Shown here in pieces: positions 31,401 to 41,000 of a stretch of 64,000 bases of DNA. Below the pieces are notes generated by a model, which was not told the origin of the DNA, searched no databases, and saw nothing but the letters and a program-made list of their open reading frames with translations. The stretch spans positions 17,726-81,725 of the forward strand of contig JAFUAB010000018.1 of assembly GCA_017460885.1 (NCBI GenBank), written 5' to 3'. Each line of letters opens with the position of its first letter. The stretch's first letter is position 1. The position numbers and the translations under genes are program-made. This DNA is from Lachnospiraceae bacterium (GTDB lineage: Bacteria > Bacillota > Clostridia > Lachnospirales > Lachnospiraceae).

Positions 31401-33287
31401 AACGAACTCAAGACCCAGGAGGGCAATGCGCTGCTGTATCAGGGAGCCGGAGATATCGAGGCTCAGGGTCACATCGATATGGATTACAGCTTCCTGCGCA
31501 GGAATATCCATAAGACCGGCAACCAGTGGTCAAGGCTTATCGGCAAGATCGCGGTAAGACGTGCCAAGCAGGAGCTTGGACTGGACGGTATACTGGATCA
31601 GGTAGCTTCTCTGGCGGGAACCGTCAATGATGTCGCCAAACTGTTGGGTGCATCCGAGGACGGACTGCTCAGAAAGGGCGCGAAATTCGTAAACGAAAAG
31701 GGAAAGCAGCTCCAGACCTATTCCAAGAGCCTTGGCAATTCGCAGTTTACGGCCATAAATGTCCAGAGTGAGAATGAGTACAAACAGGAACTAAAGGATT
31801 CCAAAAAGACCAAGGAGGAGCTGGAAGCCGAGAAGAAGGCCGCGGAGAAGGCTGCGGAAGAGGCAGAGAAGAAGCGTCGTGAGGAACTCATGTTCATCGA
31901 CCGCATCAAAGAGGGCTTCGATAATATCGTCAAAGAAAAAACCAGCATTGAGAATGCCGTATCCTCAATGGAGACCTATCTGAATCAGGAGCTTAAGATC
32001 TATACGGGCAAGCAGCTGCAGAGTAAGAGCGCCGAGGCAGACAAGAATAACCTTGTGGAAAAGACCGTAGGCAACGGCAAGATCAAGGAAAAGGGCGATA
32101 TCAGTGACAAATATACCGAAATCAAGGGTAAGGTGGACGATGTTAAGGAGTACTGGAATATCGCTGGTCAGGTACCTTTTCTCCAGAATCTCCGGGAACT
32201 GATGGTCTATGGTATCGAAAAGGCAGTCTACGGCTCCCTGATCAACGGTGTGATCATCAAAAACGACGTAACCCACGATGCGAACGGCAATGCGCTTGAC
32301 ATGACACGCAAGGATGAGATAAATGCTCTCAAGCTTAACGCCATGCAGTTCGTTAAGGAAAATGTGAATAAGATGACCGAAAGCATCTTCGGCAAGGAAG
32401 CCGTGGACAAGTTAAAGACTGCCGAGGAATTTGTTTATCAGGGTGCGGATTTTATCAATGTCGGTATGACATATTTTACCAAGGGCTTCGATTATGCCAA
32501 GAAGTGTACGGCGTTCGTCAAGAACATAAGCCAGAGTGCGGAAAACATCAAAAGCATAAATAAAGGGGCTCAGGACTCAAAGGAGCACCGCGAAGAGGAT
32601 AAGAAGAAGCTAAAAAAGGCCGGGGAGAAGCGACTGAATGAAAGACAGCTCGAGAAGGCCAAGGGAGCTCACGAGATGCACCAGGCATACGGAGGCATGT
32701 CCGAGACGATTACCACAGCCATACAGGGATTCAATATCGCATCGGATGTGATCAACTTCACTATCGATTCCATCAATACCTGGGGAGGCAAACTCAGCTA
32801 TCCCGCTTCCCTTCTTTCCAAAGCCATACAGGACGGTCTGGAGATAGCGATGTTTGCGATGCGCGTATGCACCGACAGAAAAGCACTTCAGGACTATTTC
32901 TTTACTACCGACGACGGATTAAAGAGTGTGCATGAGATACGTGAGGGCTGCAGGAAGGCGGATACCGAATCGGCACGCCAGAACGGCAAAAAGATAGACA
33001 ATATGCTCCTGGATTACGGTCTCAGTACACAGATCAGCAATGTGAACATGATCGATATCATCGCCGATTCCAAGGGCTATGAGCACACCAGCGAGCTGGT
33101 GGAGGACGTGGGCATGAACATGGCTCAGTCACTGGTATTCTGTGCCAGCAAATTCAATCCGATGATGGAGACCAAGATCATGGCTATGACGGTTATGTCG
33201 GTCATGGGACTGTCTCCCGCTGAGATAGGACAGACATCTCCGGAGATAACCCGTAAGCTCTTTGAGAGCTTCAAGATGTCGAGATAG
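25434..33287 (+). CDS. Giant helical protein without signal peptide (2617 aa), putative toxin/effector
   Basis: RBS gaggt; Q/E-rich N-terminus; internal repeats; Gly-rich hydrophobic segment YAMGALGAGMMLVGGAAILGS. Function is inferred. Confidence 0.6.
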   Translation: MDPINNQNEELQKQLLEQNKQLQTTSQQTEERLTQATDVQAFEELSRTEEEQRKSAYEAKEAERWAMVNAFRKKSGEATITNSNYKNEYGSMDIFELRDALLNDSKSKSKLFDAMVIDLDTFLKLSETSGKTEFDTAIITSDYGDSLIAARKSVHNYLSIRSGQIHIFDNGKRRLDIAERIERLLDDMSLEINKKVGGLPEKEKRMAMYRRDKLTDDEIKERENQYELNEKALDARHVIETGEFGPKMDEKTKAKLQENWLAGNFTEKLLKLLDNPTALRTKDEKNDFLAAIMDKNNLLLANKMTVILTVEANKKASMGLPWITADMRRYVGDHLTDEEALTLQPEQIAARTKELMAEYEDHYANELGQMQERVNKLKTLIPVHENEKDSERIIEDICAFPEMESLLYFEDREQFNDRFKKLREKVEADDAEIDAQLAKYYSKATRESIKLRMNSHMAGLRLFGSTDAVLEQTGLFRSRLQYLAPVEFRTERMLDRLMKKNSIPSMLRDSFLEMLTIGMHEELCNHEYSFWEKNAKEIAKTYKSNASYFSYKVSGDSFKSKIMSFFGKEDLNVPQKTWDELEALKLKSLEFTPAEFKEEVKRIIQEGKQSSETKLIREEYLTKRKFIDEDTKKVRIQHAEKEQKKIDDIGDSFDTKFLLAIENKGLTGLEHYKKTDRIFRGTDAFYRAQDAYRQSVQKDLITARTNTLKQLFRNSNVPEDRIEEFTERFSWMINGLAANGTELFNDDRLECERINLENYGVRSWDDAIAKLPAYIPSLINGETHQDIEDAKTKLSEGTARIAEFENGRFKGIADILMDIPDVYRTVMSGDTKALDKLMKEKIAPGFGPACDAQSDFVKNEFHGEPLFKQYIYSNLIGIYAGNVKGDAAYHNTRMKDYSRRIYSARLNDNLRKVEQALNDKYAKTDRHKNDDAKKPFKPTGDEIVLTGEIKFTLMMIADNTERFEEFLDAEKTVQSALELYEARKVSLNQSITYSEEIKAHAQEVTEATYVADPLEAKRREYAERKNEGRRMRTRVLGLDLKDLNEVRQSKSLVRNGLDGKTTVSLDKADTELVRGELLKQVDFQLPPVLRDAIIEEGARRGIRATKNFVKFDPDDPMNGELYRHAQRMSQLYENLRRDTEDDPAMSEEEAQMFAVRLYANRTKDSIFENKSLSAKGVDVAAVRKTQDYKVFRENYRKLKAFEAEEVTDPSLQREHEDMSRNLRIALITGGGVIVKDKKKTVRYSELKTDEERSLYGEAVGLAIDKQLEYLKYSRDLERVIRKQVEDFYSDPKKKISVFHEDALVQALREHFLSDMLTDMENGVIFREEDWVDDIKELVENSKERDAVMNEKNSVTERDLVEEEQRRVETGIGEETISSIIKNSAIIFHGRENMYEKLDLDQKKFFAIALMLMDKGAVGYGSSGTGALLVDNDKKKALGEQIGLELQKYIRGEEYHINVDYREAAYKLIEYQNVSDLSLKTRYDLSAEAYEKALVFARNIYSKKQSYNKGELDMDRIKDGYASIEAAFLESGKQQKNEIDRLQVEPLTKEDVISKLIKYAENEKLTAKDYAMGALGAGMMLVGGAAILGSNVTQSQQMKEHKKEAEKNGKDKNKAELNVKEYGIDNAVSTAGLATAGEGLVLVDGKATKLYDFSKLMNRLKSLEQDEEQLKLFLRIMQDRTVLDKSTADPSRCVDQEKRDILFNALTGDNKVLNDTMKGFDDDESCHQAYINAMSFQLRDDAYFMGKMIGKEHFANNALNRGSVVDWELIIRAFDFMDEIRERRAEVYATSHATDYIRQTGNTEAIAELDKLEKEYSDKKESFDLNAIEDRLKELKKTSRGYLSGGQEEIERAWSGYMALSDQDKNLFYKVLQRRDLLDISKKNYVQNFFGISDRNFLNATGRNELLNEYIQASLYDGVGVTLDKDAYYKAMQSLLSTQVSDIVSFKDKTDISGKVTGIFSYERLGFFGRGCAIDWKLFKRALSFVNRARNELKTQEGNALLYQGAGDIEAQGHIDMDYSFLRRNIHKTGNQWSRLIGKIAVRRAKQELGLDGILDQVASLAGTVNDVAKLLGASEDGLLRKGAKFVNEKGKQLQTYSKSLGNSQFTAINVQSENEYKQELKDSKKTKEELEAEKKAAEKAAEEAEKKRREELMFIDRIKEGFDNIVKEKTSIENAVSSMETYLNQELKIYTGKQLQSKSAEADKNNLVEKTVGNGKIKEKGDISDKYTEIKGKVDDVKEYWNIAGQVPFLQNLRELMVYGIEKAVYGSLINGVIIKNDVTHDANGNALDMTRKDEINALKLNAMQFVKENVNKMTESIFGKEAVDKLKTAEEFVYQGADFINVGMTYFTKGFDYAKKCTAFVKNISQSAENIKSINKGAQDSKEHREEDKKKLKKAGEKRLNERQLEKAKGAHEMHQAYGGMSETITTAIQGFNIASDVINFTIDSINTWGGKLSYPASLLSKAIQDGLEIAMFAMRVCTDRKALQDYFFTTDDGLKSVHEIREGCRKADTESARQNGKKIDNMLLDYGLSTQISNVNMIDIIADSKGYEHTSELVEDVGMNMAQSLVFCASKFNPMMETKIMAMTVMSVMGLSPAEIGQTSPEITRKLFESFKMSR

Positions 33288-33292
33288 GATAT

Positions 33293-34963
33293 ATGAGTAA
33301 AAGCGTTTTCACAAGGATCATTGCATCCATAATAATGCTATGCCTGCTGGCCGGATGTGTATCCTGCTCATCGGACACCCAAATGACCGGAGACGGAACG
33401 ACGGAGGAGGCCGGCGGAACCTCAGAGGATTCCTCCGAAGCAGTGGCTCCGGGGCTGCTTCGCGTGGGCTGGAACAGGGATACGATCATGACGGATGTTC
33501 ACCGTGTTAAAGGCAGTTATCTGTTCCTGCTTAATCTATACGATACGCTTTTTGTGACTCGGAGGGATGATAACGGTGATACATATCTTGAACCCCGTCT
33601 TGCTACGGACTACACCGTATCAGGGGACGGGCTTACCTATTCCTTCACTCTGCGTGACGATGTTAAATTCTGTGACGGTACTCCCATGACAGCGGAGGAT
33701 GTGGAATATACCTTTACAAGGATGCTTACACTGCCGGATTCGGTACAGACGGACTTTGGCGAGAGTATCCTCGGGGCAGCCGATTGTATGGCGCATAAGA
33801 CCGATAAACTCGAGGGTATCCGGGTGATCGACGATACACATATAGATATCACCTTAAGCCGGCCGGTCGCGGGATATGTCCAGATGCTTGCCGCTCCGTC
33901 CTGTGCTGTTATGTCCAAGGCGTTTACCAAAGCAGCGGGAAACAGGTACGGTACCAGTCCGGAACAGACCTGCGGTACGGGAGCCTATATGCTCACTGAG
34001 ATAAGTGATTCACGATATGTCCTGGAATTAAATCCTTATTACTGGGGAGATATACCTTCCGCCGAAAGGATCGAGATATACAGACTTGAACCCGTCAGAA
34101 TGGCTGACGGACTTCTGGAGAACAGGTTTGATATCATCAACAGCACTGATATCAGCGATGAGATCATAAATACCATTTCCGATGCGGAGGAGTGGAGCGG
34201 ACATACTGTTTCCATTATACCGATGGGGCTGAATATGCTTTTTATGAATATGGCTGATAACCGGCTTAAGGATGTCAGGATCCGTCGCGCGATCCAACTG
34301 GGAATCGACAGGGATGCGATCATCAGAGAGGCATATGGCAACAAGGCTGTTACGATTGACGGGCTGTTTCCCAGGGGACTGTACGGTTATTCTGAATCAA
34401 ACGAGGGATGGCTTAAGTATGATCCGGAGGAGGCTGTCAGGCTTCTGACGGAAGCCGGAGCGTACGGAAAGCTGGAATTGCAGATCGCTGCCGAGGCCGA
34501 AAAGGGCTCCCAGTATTATAAGATCCTTACCATGATCCGCGATAATCTTACGGATATCGGGATAAATGCAAAACTGGTCAACTATGATTCCAAAAGCTTT
34601 ACGTATCTGCGCAGGCAGGGGCGGTTAGAGGCCTATCTGACTTCCTGGGAAGCGGATTATAATGACCCGGATAGTTTTATCTATACCTTTTTCGGAAGTG
34701 TCGAAAACACAGTATCAAGATCCTTAAACTACTCCGATCTGACAGTGATCGGCCGTGTCGGAGCCGCCAAGGCTATCATGGACGAGCCGAAGAGACTTGC
34801 CGAATATGCTGATCTTGAAAAGAAGATAGTGCGGGAGGACGCTGCTCTCGTGCCGCTGGTGCAGGCAGAGGTGAGATACTTCTGCGGTGACCGCATATCC
34901 GGATTCACGCCGTACTGGGCGGGATGGGGCTCGTTATATTTCAAAGACGTGGAACTCAAATGA
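33293..34963 (+). CDS. Family 5 (peptide/nickel) ABC substrate-binding lipoprotein
   Basis: Lipobox LAGC; LYDTL, PRLATDY.VS.DGLTYSFTLRDDVKF.DG.PMTAEDV, GTGAY, W.ADYNDPD. Confidence 0.88.
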   Translation: MSKSVFTRIIASIIMLCLLAGCVSCSSDTQMTGDGTTEEAGGTSEDSSEAVAPGLLRVGWNRDTIMTDVHRVKGSYLFLLNLYDTLFVTRRDDNGDTYLEPRLATDYTVSGDGLTYSFTLRDDVKFCDGTPMTAEDVEYTFTRMLTLPDSVQTDFGESILGAADCMAHKTDKLEGIRVIDDTHIDITLSRPVAGYVQMLAAPSCAVMSKAFTKAAGNRYGTSPEQTCGTGAYMLTEISDSRYVLELNPYYWGDIPSAERIEIYRLEPVRMADGLLENRFDIINSTDISDEIINTISDAEEWSGHTVSIIPMGLNMLFMNMADNRLKDVRIRRAIQLGIDRDAIIREAYGNKAVTIDGLFPRGLYGYSESNEGWLKYDPEEAVRLLTEAGAYGKLELQIAAEAEKGSQYYKILTMIRDNLTDIGINAKLVNYDSKSFTYLRRQGRLEAYLTSWEADYNDPDSFIYTFFGSVENTVSRSLNYSDLTVIGRVGAAKAIMDEPKRLAEYADLEKKIVREDAALVPLVQAEVRYFCGDRISGFTPYWAGWGSLYFKDVELK

Positions 34964-37146
34964 CTGCAAAAAAGAAAAAGAAAAAAAGAAGTCTGCGGAC
35001 ACGTATATTTCTGTTGATCTTAGGCATTGTTGCTTTCACCATAGTGCTTTACAGCGGACTCAGTTATCTGAGATACATATCGGTAGTAGCGGTAAACATC
35101 GGGATGAACGAGCAGCAAAATGAGGTTATCACGGAGACTCTGACTGCCCAGATGAACGACAGTACGATAGATACGTTTAAGACTACGATAGAGTTGGCGG
35201 CGCAGATATCCGATGACGGCTTTAAGGATGTCTCGCACGATCTGACTTTACTGTCGGAACAGGTTCGTCAGATCATAACTGATCCGGAACGGTATGATGA
35301 AATTCCGATCCTTCGTCCGAATGCCGCTAATTCCGGAAAAATGGTGCCGCAGCTCATGTTCAGCGAGGGTATTGATGAAGAAACGGCGGATCCGGACAAG
35401 CTGTCACTTGTTTATAAGATAGGCAATCTGAGCGGTATGCTTGAGAAAATAGCCGTCAGCAATCCCTCCGTTCATGATATGGTCATAGCGCTTCCGGAGG
35501 GGATTTCCGTCTGTCTGGATAATTATTCGGATCTTAAGATAGACGGAGACGGTAATTACTTACCCTATAATGTGACTCACAGGCCATGGTATGTGGGTGC
35601 GGAAATGGCCGGAGGGATCTACTATTCGCCGGTTAATGTGGATTCCTATGATTCCTCCAGACAGATAGCCATCAGTGTTCCTGTATATGTATACGGCAAA
35701 CTGTCCGCCATCGTAGCGGCATCTGTGGATATGGCCAGAGTGGAGCAGATCATTGCCAGATCCGGGCTTGGAAACCATACCAAAGCCTGCCTCGTCAGCA
35801 ATTACGGAACCCTCTTTTATTCGGGCTTTACGGAGGGGGAACTTGGCAGCAGCAACGGAGAGTTCTATAATCTCAGGGAAAGCTCCAACAGCGATCTGGT
35901 GGAAGTTGTCAATGATGTATTGAATGGGGGCAGCGGATGCGTGCTGATGGAGATAGATTCCGAACCATACTATGTGGGTTATGCCCCGCTAAAGACCATA
36001 GGCTTCGGGCAGTTGTTGATCGAGTCCAGAGATGATCTGATGGCCGGTACGAACAATCTGCTGGAAGAGACCAACGCTGTGTACGAGGAGTCGCAGGAGA
36101 GGATGAATGACATGGTGGGGATAGCCAATGTGTTTATGCTGATCTTTGCTACGCTGATCTTTTTTCTGTCGATCGTCTTTACACATATACTGGCCAACAG
36201 ACTGTCCAGTCCCATCACTGAATTAAACGCTGCGGGATTAAAGTTTATCGGACGCAAAGATACGGATCTGACGGAGGATAAGTCATATTTTTCGGATCTG
36301 CATATCAATACCGGGGATGAGATCGAGGAACTGGGCAGTACGCTCAGAAAAATGGAGATCAATATCGCAGATTCCATGGACAGGATCAGGCAGATGTCCT
36401 CTGCCCGTCAGCGTATTGATGCCGAGCTTTCGCTGGCGGCTGAGCTGCAGGCCAATATGCTGTCTAAGGATTTTGAATTGCCCAGCGAGCGGATCAGGCT
36501 TTTCGCTTCCATGGATCCGGCCAACGAAGTTGGCGGCGATTTCTATGATTTCTTCATGATAGATGACGATCATCTGATGCTGGTGATAGCCGATGTGTCC
36601 GGCAAGGGTGTCCCCGGCGCGATGTTCATGACGCTGTCGATGATCTATATCAAGAGCTATGGCACCATGGATATCAATCCGGCATCGATACTGGAGAAGG
36701 TAAACAATGCCGTATTGGAGCGTAACGAGGACGGAATGTTCGTTACAGCCTGGATCGGAGTGCTTGAGTTATCCACGGGACATCTGATCGCCGCGAACGC
36801 GGGGCATGAGTATCCCGCCATCCGCAGGGCGGGCGGCAGCTTTGAACTGTTCAAGGATACTCACGGACTGGTCCTCGGAGCGATGGAGGATATGAAGTAC
36901 GAGGATTATGAACTGGATCTGAACTCCGGAGATATATTGTTTGTCTACACGGACGGTATAGTGGAGGCTACGGATTCCGATGGCTCACTTTGGGGAGAGA
37001 AACGTATGATAGACTCCCTGAACGAAACATCCGAAGATGATCCTCCGGAGGAGATCCTGGCGCATGTGACCGCTTCCGTGGCGGAATTTGTCGGTGAAGC
37101 GCCGCAGTTTGACGATATGACCATGCTTGCCATACATTATATCTGA
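34960..37146 (+). CDS. Membrane sensor phosphatase: Cache-HAMP-SpoIIE/PP2C (RsbU-like)
   Basis: Two TM flanking RPWY Cache motif; HAMP TGDEIEELG; EVGGDFYDF, IADVSGKGVPGA, NAGHE, YTDGIVEA, QFDDMTML; ATGA overlap with the SBP gene. Confidence 0.92.
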   Translation: MTAKKKKKKRSLRTRIFLLILGIVAFTIVLYSGLSYLRYISVVAVNIGMNEQQNEVITETLTAQMNDSTIDTFKTTIELAAQISDDGFKDVSHDLTLLSEQVRQIITDPERYDEIPILRPNAANSGKMVPQLMFSEGIDEETADPDKLSLVYKIGNLSGMLEKIAVSNPSVHDMVIALPEGISVCLDNYSDLKIDGDGNYLPYNVTHRPWYVGAEMAGGIYYSPVNVDSYDSSRQIAISVPVYVYGKLSAIVAASVDMARVEQIIARSGLGNHTKACLVSNYGTLFYSGFTEGELGSSNGEFYNLRESSNSDLVEVVNDVLNGGSGCVLMEIDSEPYYVGYAPLKTIGFGQLLIESRDDLMAGTNNLLEETNAVYEESQERMNDMVGIANVFMLIFATLIFFLSIVFTHILANRLSSPITELNAAGLKFIGRKDTDLTEDKSYFSDLHINTGDEIEELGSTLRKMEINIADSMDRIRQMSSARQRIDAELSLAAELQANMLSKDFELPSERIRLFASMDPANEVGGDFYDFFMIDDDHLMLVIADVSGKGVPGAMFMTLSMIYIKSYGTMDINPASILEKVNNAVLERNEDGMFVTAWIGVLELSTGHLIAANAGHEYPAIRRAGGSFELFKDTHGLVLGAMEDMKYEDYELDLNSGDILFVYTDGIVEATDSDGSLWGEKRMIDSLNETSEDDPPEEILAHVTASVAEFVGEAPQFDDMTMLAIHYI

Positions 37147-37202
37147 GAGTTGCAGAAACGGGTAAGGCACTGTACAGTGCCTGATCACGGAACACCGCTT
37201 CA

Positions 37203-38009
37203 TTAATACTCAGCCAACCCTATCATCGTAAACTCTGTCGGTATGGAATCCATTTCCTGTCGCATTGCCTCTCCGTCACGCCTCTGTTCTTCGAGTACAC
37301 CGGTCATATATTCCGGTGTATCTATAGACGCTTCATAGTACGTGGAGCCGATCCGGTTGCCTTTCATAAAGAACTCTTTTATCACGTCGAGCGGTTCCCC
37401 CGGTGCGCAGCGCAGATACAAAACCGCGTCGAAAATTTTTTCTGATCCGGCCGCATTGACAAGGGCGGCGGCGATGGATTTCCTGAGAGCTTCCGGCTCT
37501 GGGATTCCAAAGATCATCGGAACATAGACCCCCGGACATACTTCCTTAAGCTCGAAACCGGCCTTATGAGCACCCGTTGCATATTTGGCCAGCGCGTCCG
37601 TACTGATCAGATCGGCAAGGCGGAATACAGTATCGGTTATCTCCAATGTCATCGGAGTAAAGCCCAGATCATAGAGAAAGTTGACCGTGTCAGGGTATAC
37701 CTTACCCCAAAGCTTGGCCATAACATGGTATCTGCCGTCTGCTGCGGCGATCTGCCTGGCGGCCTCGAAGAACGCCGAACTGTATTCATGTCCGCGGTAT
37801 TCCTCATCGATAAACAGCCATTCCATCATCACCGTATCGGGAATATAGTAGGACAGAACGCATACGCCGGCGGCAAGTGCCTTATCCTCACTGTTGTCGA
37901 TAAGTCCCAGTACCTGATAACCGTCCATGTACAGCAGAAAAGCGAGCTCCGGAGGGACAAATTCCTCGTAAAATTTTAAGTTTTCTTTCGAAACGATTTT
38001 CAAATCCAT
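37203..38009 (-). CDS. GNAT-fold protein divergent from the kinase-like giant protein
   Basis: AAGVCVL...MEWLFIDEEYRGHEYSSAFF GNAT motif A; start MDLKIVSKENL avoids overlap with 38064. Confidence 0.7.
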   Translation of the reverse strand: MDLKIVSKENLKFYEEFVPPELAFLLYMDGYQVLGLIDNSEDKALAAGVCVLSYYIPDTVMMEWLFIDEEYRGHEYSSAFFEAARQIAAADGRYHVMAKLWGKVYPDTVNFLYDLGFTPMTLEITDTVFRLADLISTDALAKYATGAHKAGFELKEVCPGVYVPMIFGIPEPEALRKSIAAALVNAAGSEKIFDAVLYLRCAPGEPLDVIKEFFMKGNRIGSTYYEASIDTPEYMTGVLEEQRRDGEAMRQEMDSIPTEFTMIGLAEY

Positions 38010-38063
38010 GATAAAATAATATAATATAACCAGCTGTTTTTCAAGACGCAAAGGAGAATTATT

Positions 38064-41000
38064 ATGAGTCAGGATAATGAACAACTGAAGTTAAACAAAC
38101 AGGCGCCGCAGTTTATCGATACGCTTAGGCTCACGAAGAACGAGTCGTACAAGCTGTCTTACAGTGCGCCGGCATCCATGTTTGAAATGAAGGATACCCG
38201 CTCATCCAAACAGGTCGATACCGCCATCACTGCCTCCGATAAGAAGATGGCCGCGATATTAAAGAACGATTCCAAATACAGCTATAATCAAAAAAGATCG
38301 GCTCAGGTGAATCGCTTCCGTAACGTCAGTCTCGGACTCTTTAAGGATAAAAAATGGTACAGCGGTACTGATTCTCCGGAGATGGACAGGGTCAAGAAGA
38401 CCGTGGCGTATCTGAACAATCTTCTTGACAAAGGCATCTACGATTACGTCAGCGAGGAAGGAACAAAGGGCGTTAATCTGGATGCAAAGGCACTGAAGGA
38501 GGCGGTTCATAAAGCCTTTGAGGAGGCTATCAGCGCCTGCGAGAACTATCTGGAAAAGAAGAAAGAAAAGAGGGAGGGACGCTGGAGCACAGGTGTCCGC
38601 CGCAGGGAACGGGTAAACCGCATCCTTCAGATGTGCAAGGAGGAGAGAAGCAGATACGAGCTGACGGTAGACGCACTTCAGGATAAGTCGATCGAAGGAT
38701 TTGACATTGAGGAGCTGCGGCAGCAAAAGGAAAGCGGGGCAGAGGCTCAGGATGATCAGATCGATCAGGAGGAGCAGCTCGAACAGAAGGATCAGCAGAA
38801 GATCGGGGAGGAGCAGGAAGAGCAGAAGGAGAAGAAGACAAAGAGAGTATATAATATGCATACTCTTTCTACCATGCTCAAGCACTCCGTAGCGCTTCAG
38901 ACCACCTGGCAGAATCAGGGTAATTCCACGGATGTATACAGGATCGTGGTGAAGGAAAACGGCAAAGACGTTGTTTATTACATCAAGGAAAATCTGCCTC
39001 TGATAAGCGCGGATCTCGATGGATTCCTGACACGTCGTCTGAATGAACTGGCCAGCAGTAAGCAGGCTCATATCGATAAGAATGAAGGTATGGAGGAACT
39101 GCGTATGAGGGAGGCCAAAATGAATGAGGCCGATTATGATGCCTGCACCCGGTTCCTTACAGCCATTCAGAATAAGATCAAAAACGCATCCGACGCGGAT
39201 CGAATGAGCGTCCGGAAGCGTATGATCGGTCTGTTCGAACATGATTTTGATAAGATATTCAAGAGCCTGAATGTCCACAATCAGGCTGCCAGGATACTGG
39301 ATCAGGAAGGCGGAGCCGCCGGATTTGACCTCGCCAAATGGACAGACATAGCTAAGAAAAAGGATGATCCGCAGTATGAGATCGCAGTGATACTGCTGGA
39401 TTATATGGGCTATGATCTAAACGGAAAGAAGATAGAAGAAGAGAAAAAAGACGGTAAAAAGAAAGATGCCGGGGCTCAGGGGCAGGAAGCAAAACAGGCT
39501 AAGGAACAACTGAAGGAGATCAGCGAGAAGGACTGGATCATCAAAGAACTCGGACTGGACAAGGGTGATGACAAGGATCTGGGCAAGCTTATATCAGAAC
39601 TGTACGGTAAGAATAAAAAGGGTAAGATGATCGAGGATATGTTCAGGATATCCCTTGGCAAAGAGGTTGAACTCTTCGGTCAGATGCGTGACCGTACAGC
39701 CGGAGATGCTGAGGAGATCGCAGCCACCAACAATACCGCTACCTCGCGTCTGGCCACCCGCCATGGCTTCACGGATGTTGTGACCGTTTCCGACAGCAGG
39801 ATCGTCAAATTTACAGACAGGAACGGCAAGTCAGTTGAGAGATTCTGTACCGTTATGAGGGAGGCAGAGGGTGATGAATTCCTGGACATCCTCAAGAATG
39901 CAAACGATAAGGGAATGAAGATCGAGTACACGCCCGAGGCCATAAGACAGCTGATGCGTCTTAACGCCTTCGATATGATCTGTCTGCAGGTAGACCGGCA
40001 CGGACGTAACTTCAAGTGCAAGTCCGAAGAGAAGAACGGCAAGATAGTGATCTCCAAGATCATGAGCTATGATCATGATATGTCATTCGGTGAGGAGTCG
40101 ATCAGGGATACCTTTAAGGACGGTCAGGACAAGGGCTTCCTTAAGAATCCCACCCAGGTCATCAAAAAGAACTCTCCCATGTATCGTTATGTGATGAAGA
40201 ATTATTTTCACCTCGGCGGAGATAATTCATTCCTTAATGATGTCAAAGAGCCCGATTGGGAGGCTCTCATGGATGAATGCAAAAAAAATTCACGTTTCCA
40301 TTCAGCACTCGAAAAAACCGTCGGTGATCTGAACACCTTTATCGCCAAGCCCTTTATTCATGAAAAATTTCTTGGTATGCGATTTAATCTCTATGGACAG
40401 AGGCTGGGAGACCAGGAAGCGCTGTATAAAGGCTATATCACCACAGCAGACGGTCAGAAGCTGGACGAGGATGAGAGTGAAAAGGTTCAGGAACGTCTGG
40501 CCGGCGTGTATGACGATCTGTCTAAGTTCCTTATAACGAGGGAGGGTAAGAAAAGGGTACTCAAGAGTAAATTCACAAAAGAGGAAAAAGGGATCCTGAC
40601 CGGTGCCATGAGGGAATTGTACGATCTGAATAAGAACTATGACTTCTCTCATATCCAGCATACACAGTTCGCAGTGGCCGGTCTCGTGGATCTGTGGATC
40701 AAAAAGACCCTGTATACCTATACCCAGGTGCTTAAGACCGATCAGGAGCCTGAAGATATGGAAACGCTGCTTGCCGCCGAGAAGATCAGTGAAAAAAAGA
40801 AAGCCGAGAAGAAAGAAGCACTTAAGGCCATCACCGATCCCAAGACCGGCGACATCGTGATCCCTGCCATGCTGCATTTTGACCTGGATGCATGGAACAG
40901 CATCCTGGACATGAAAAATTCTCTGGAAAACAATGACGGACTGATCACGGGAGACCTCAAGGGTCTCGGATTCCGCGACGCCAAGATAGAGAAGCTGAAG

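Noticed and set aside
38009-38084. Head-to-head overlap of the GNAT and kinase-like genes as given in the ORF track
   Set aside because: The downstream ATG at 38009 gives a normal 54-bp divergent gap.
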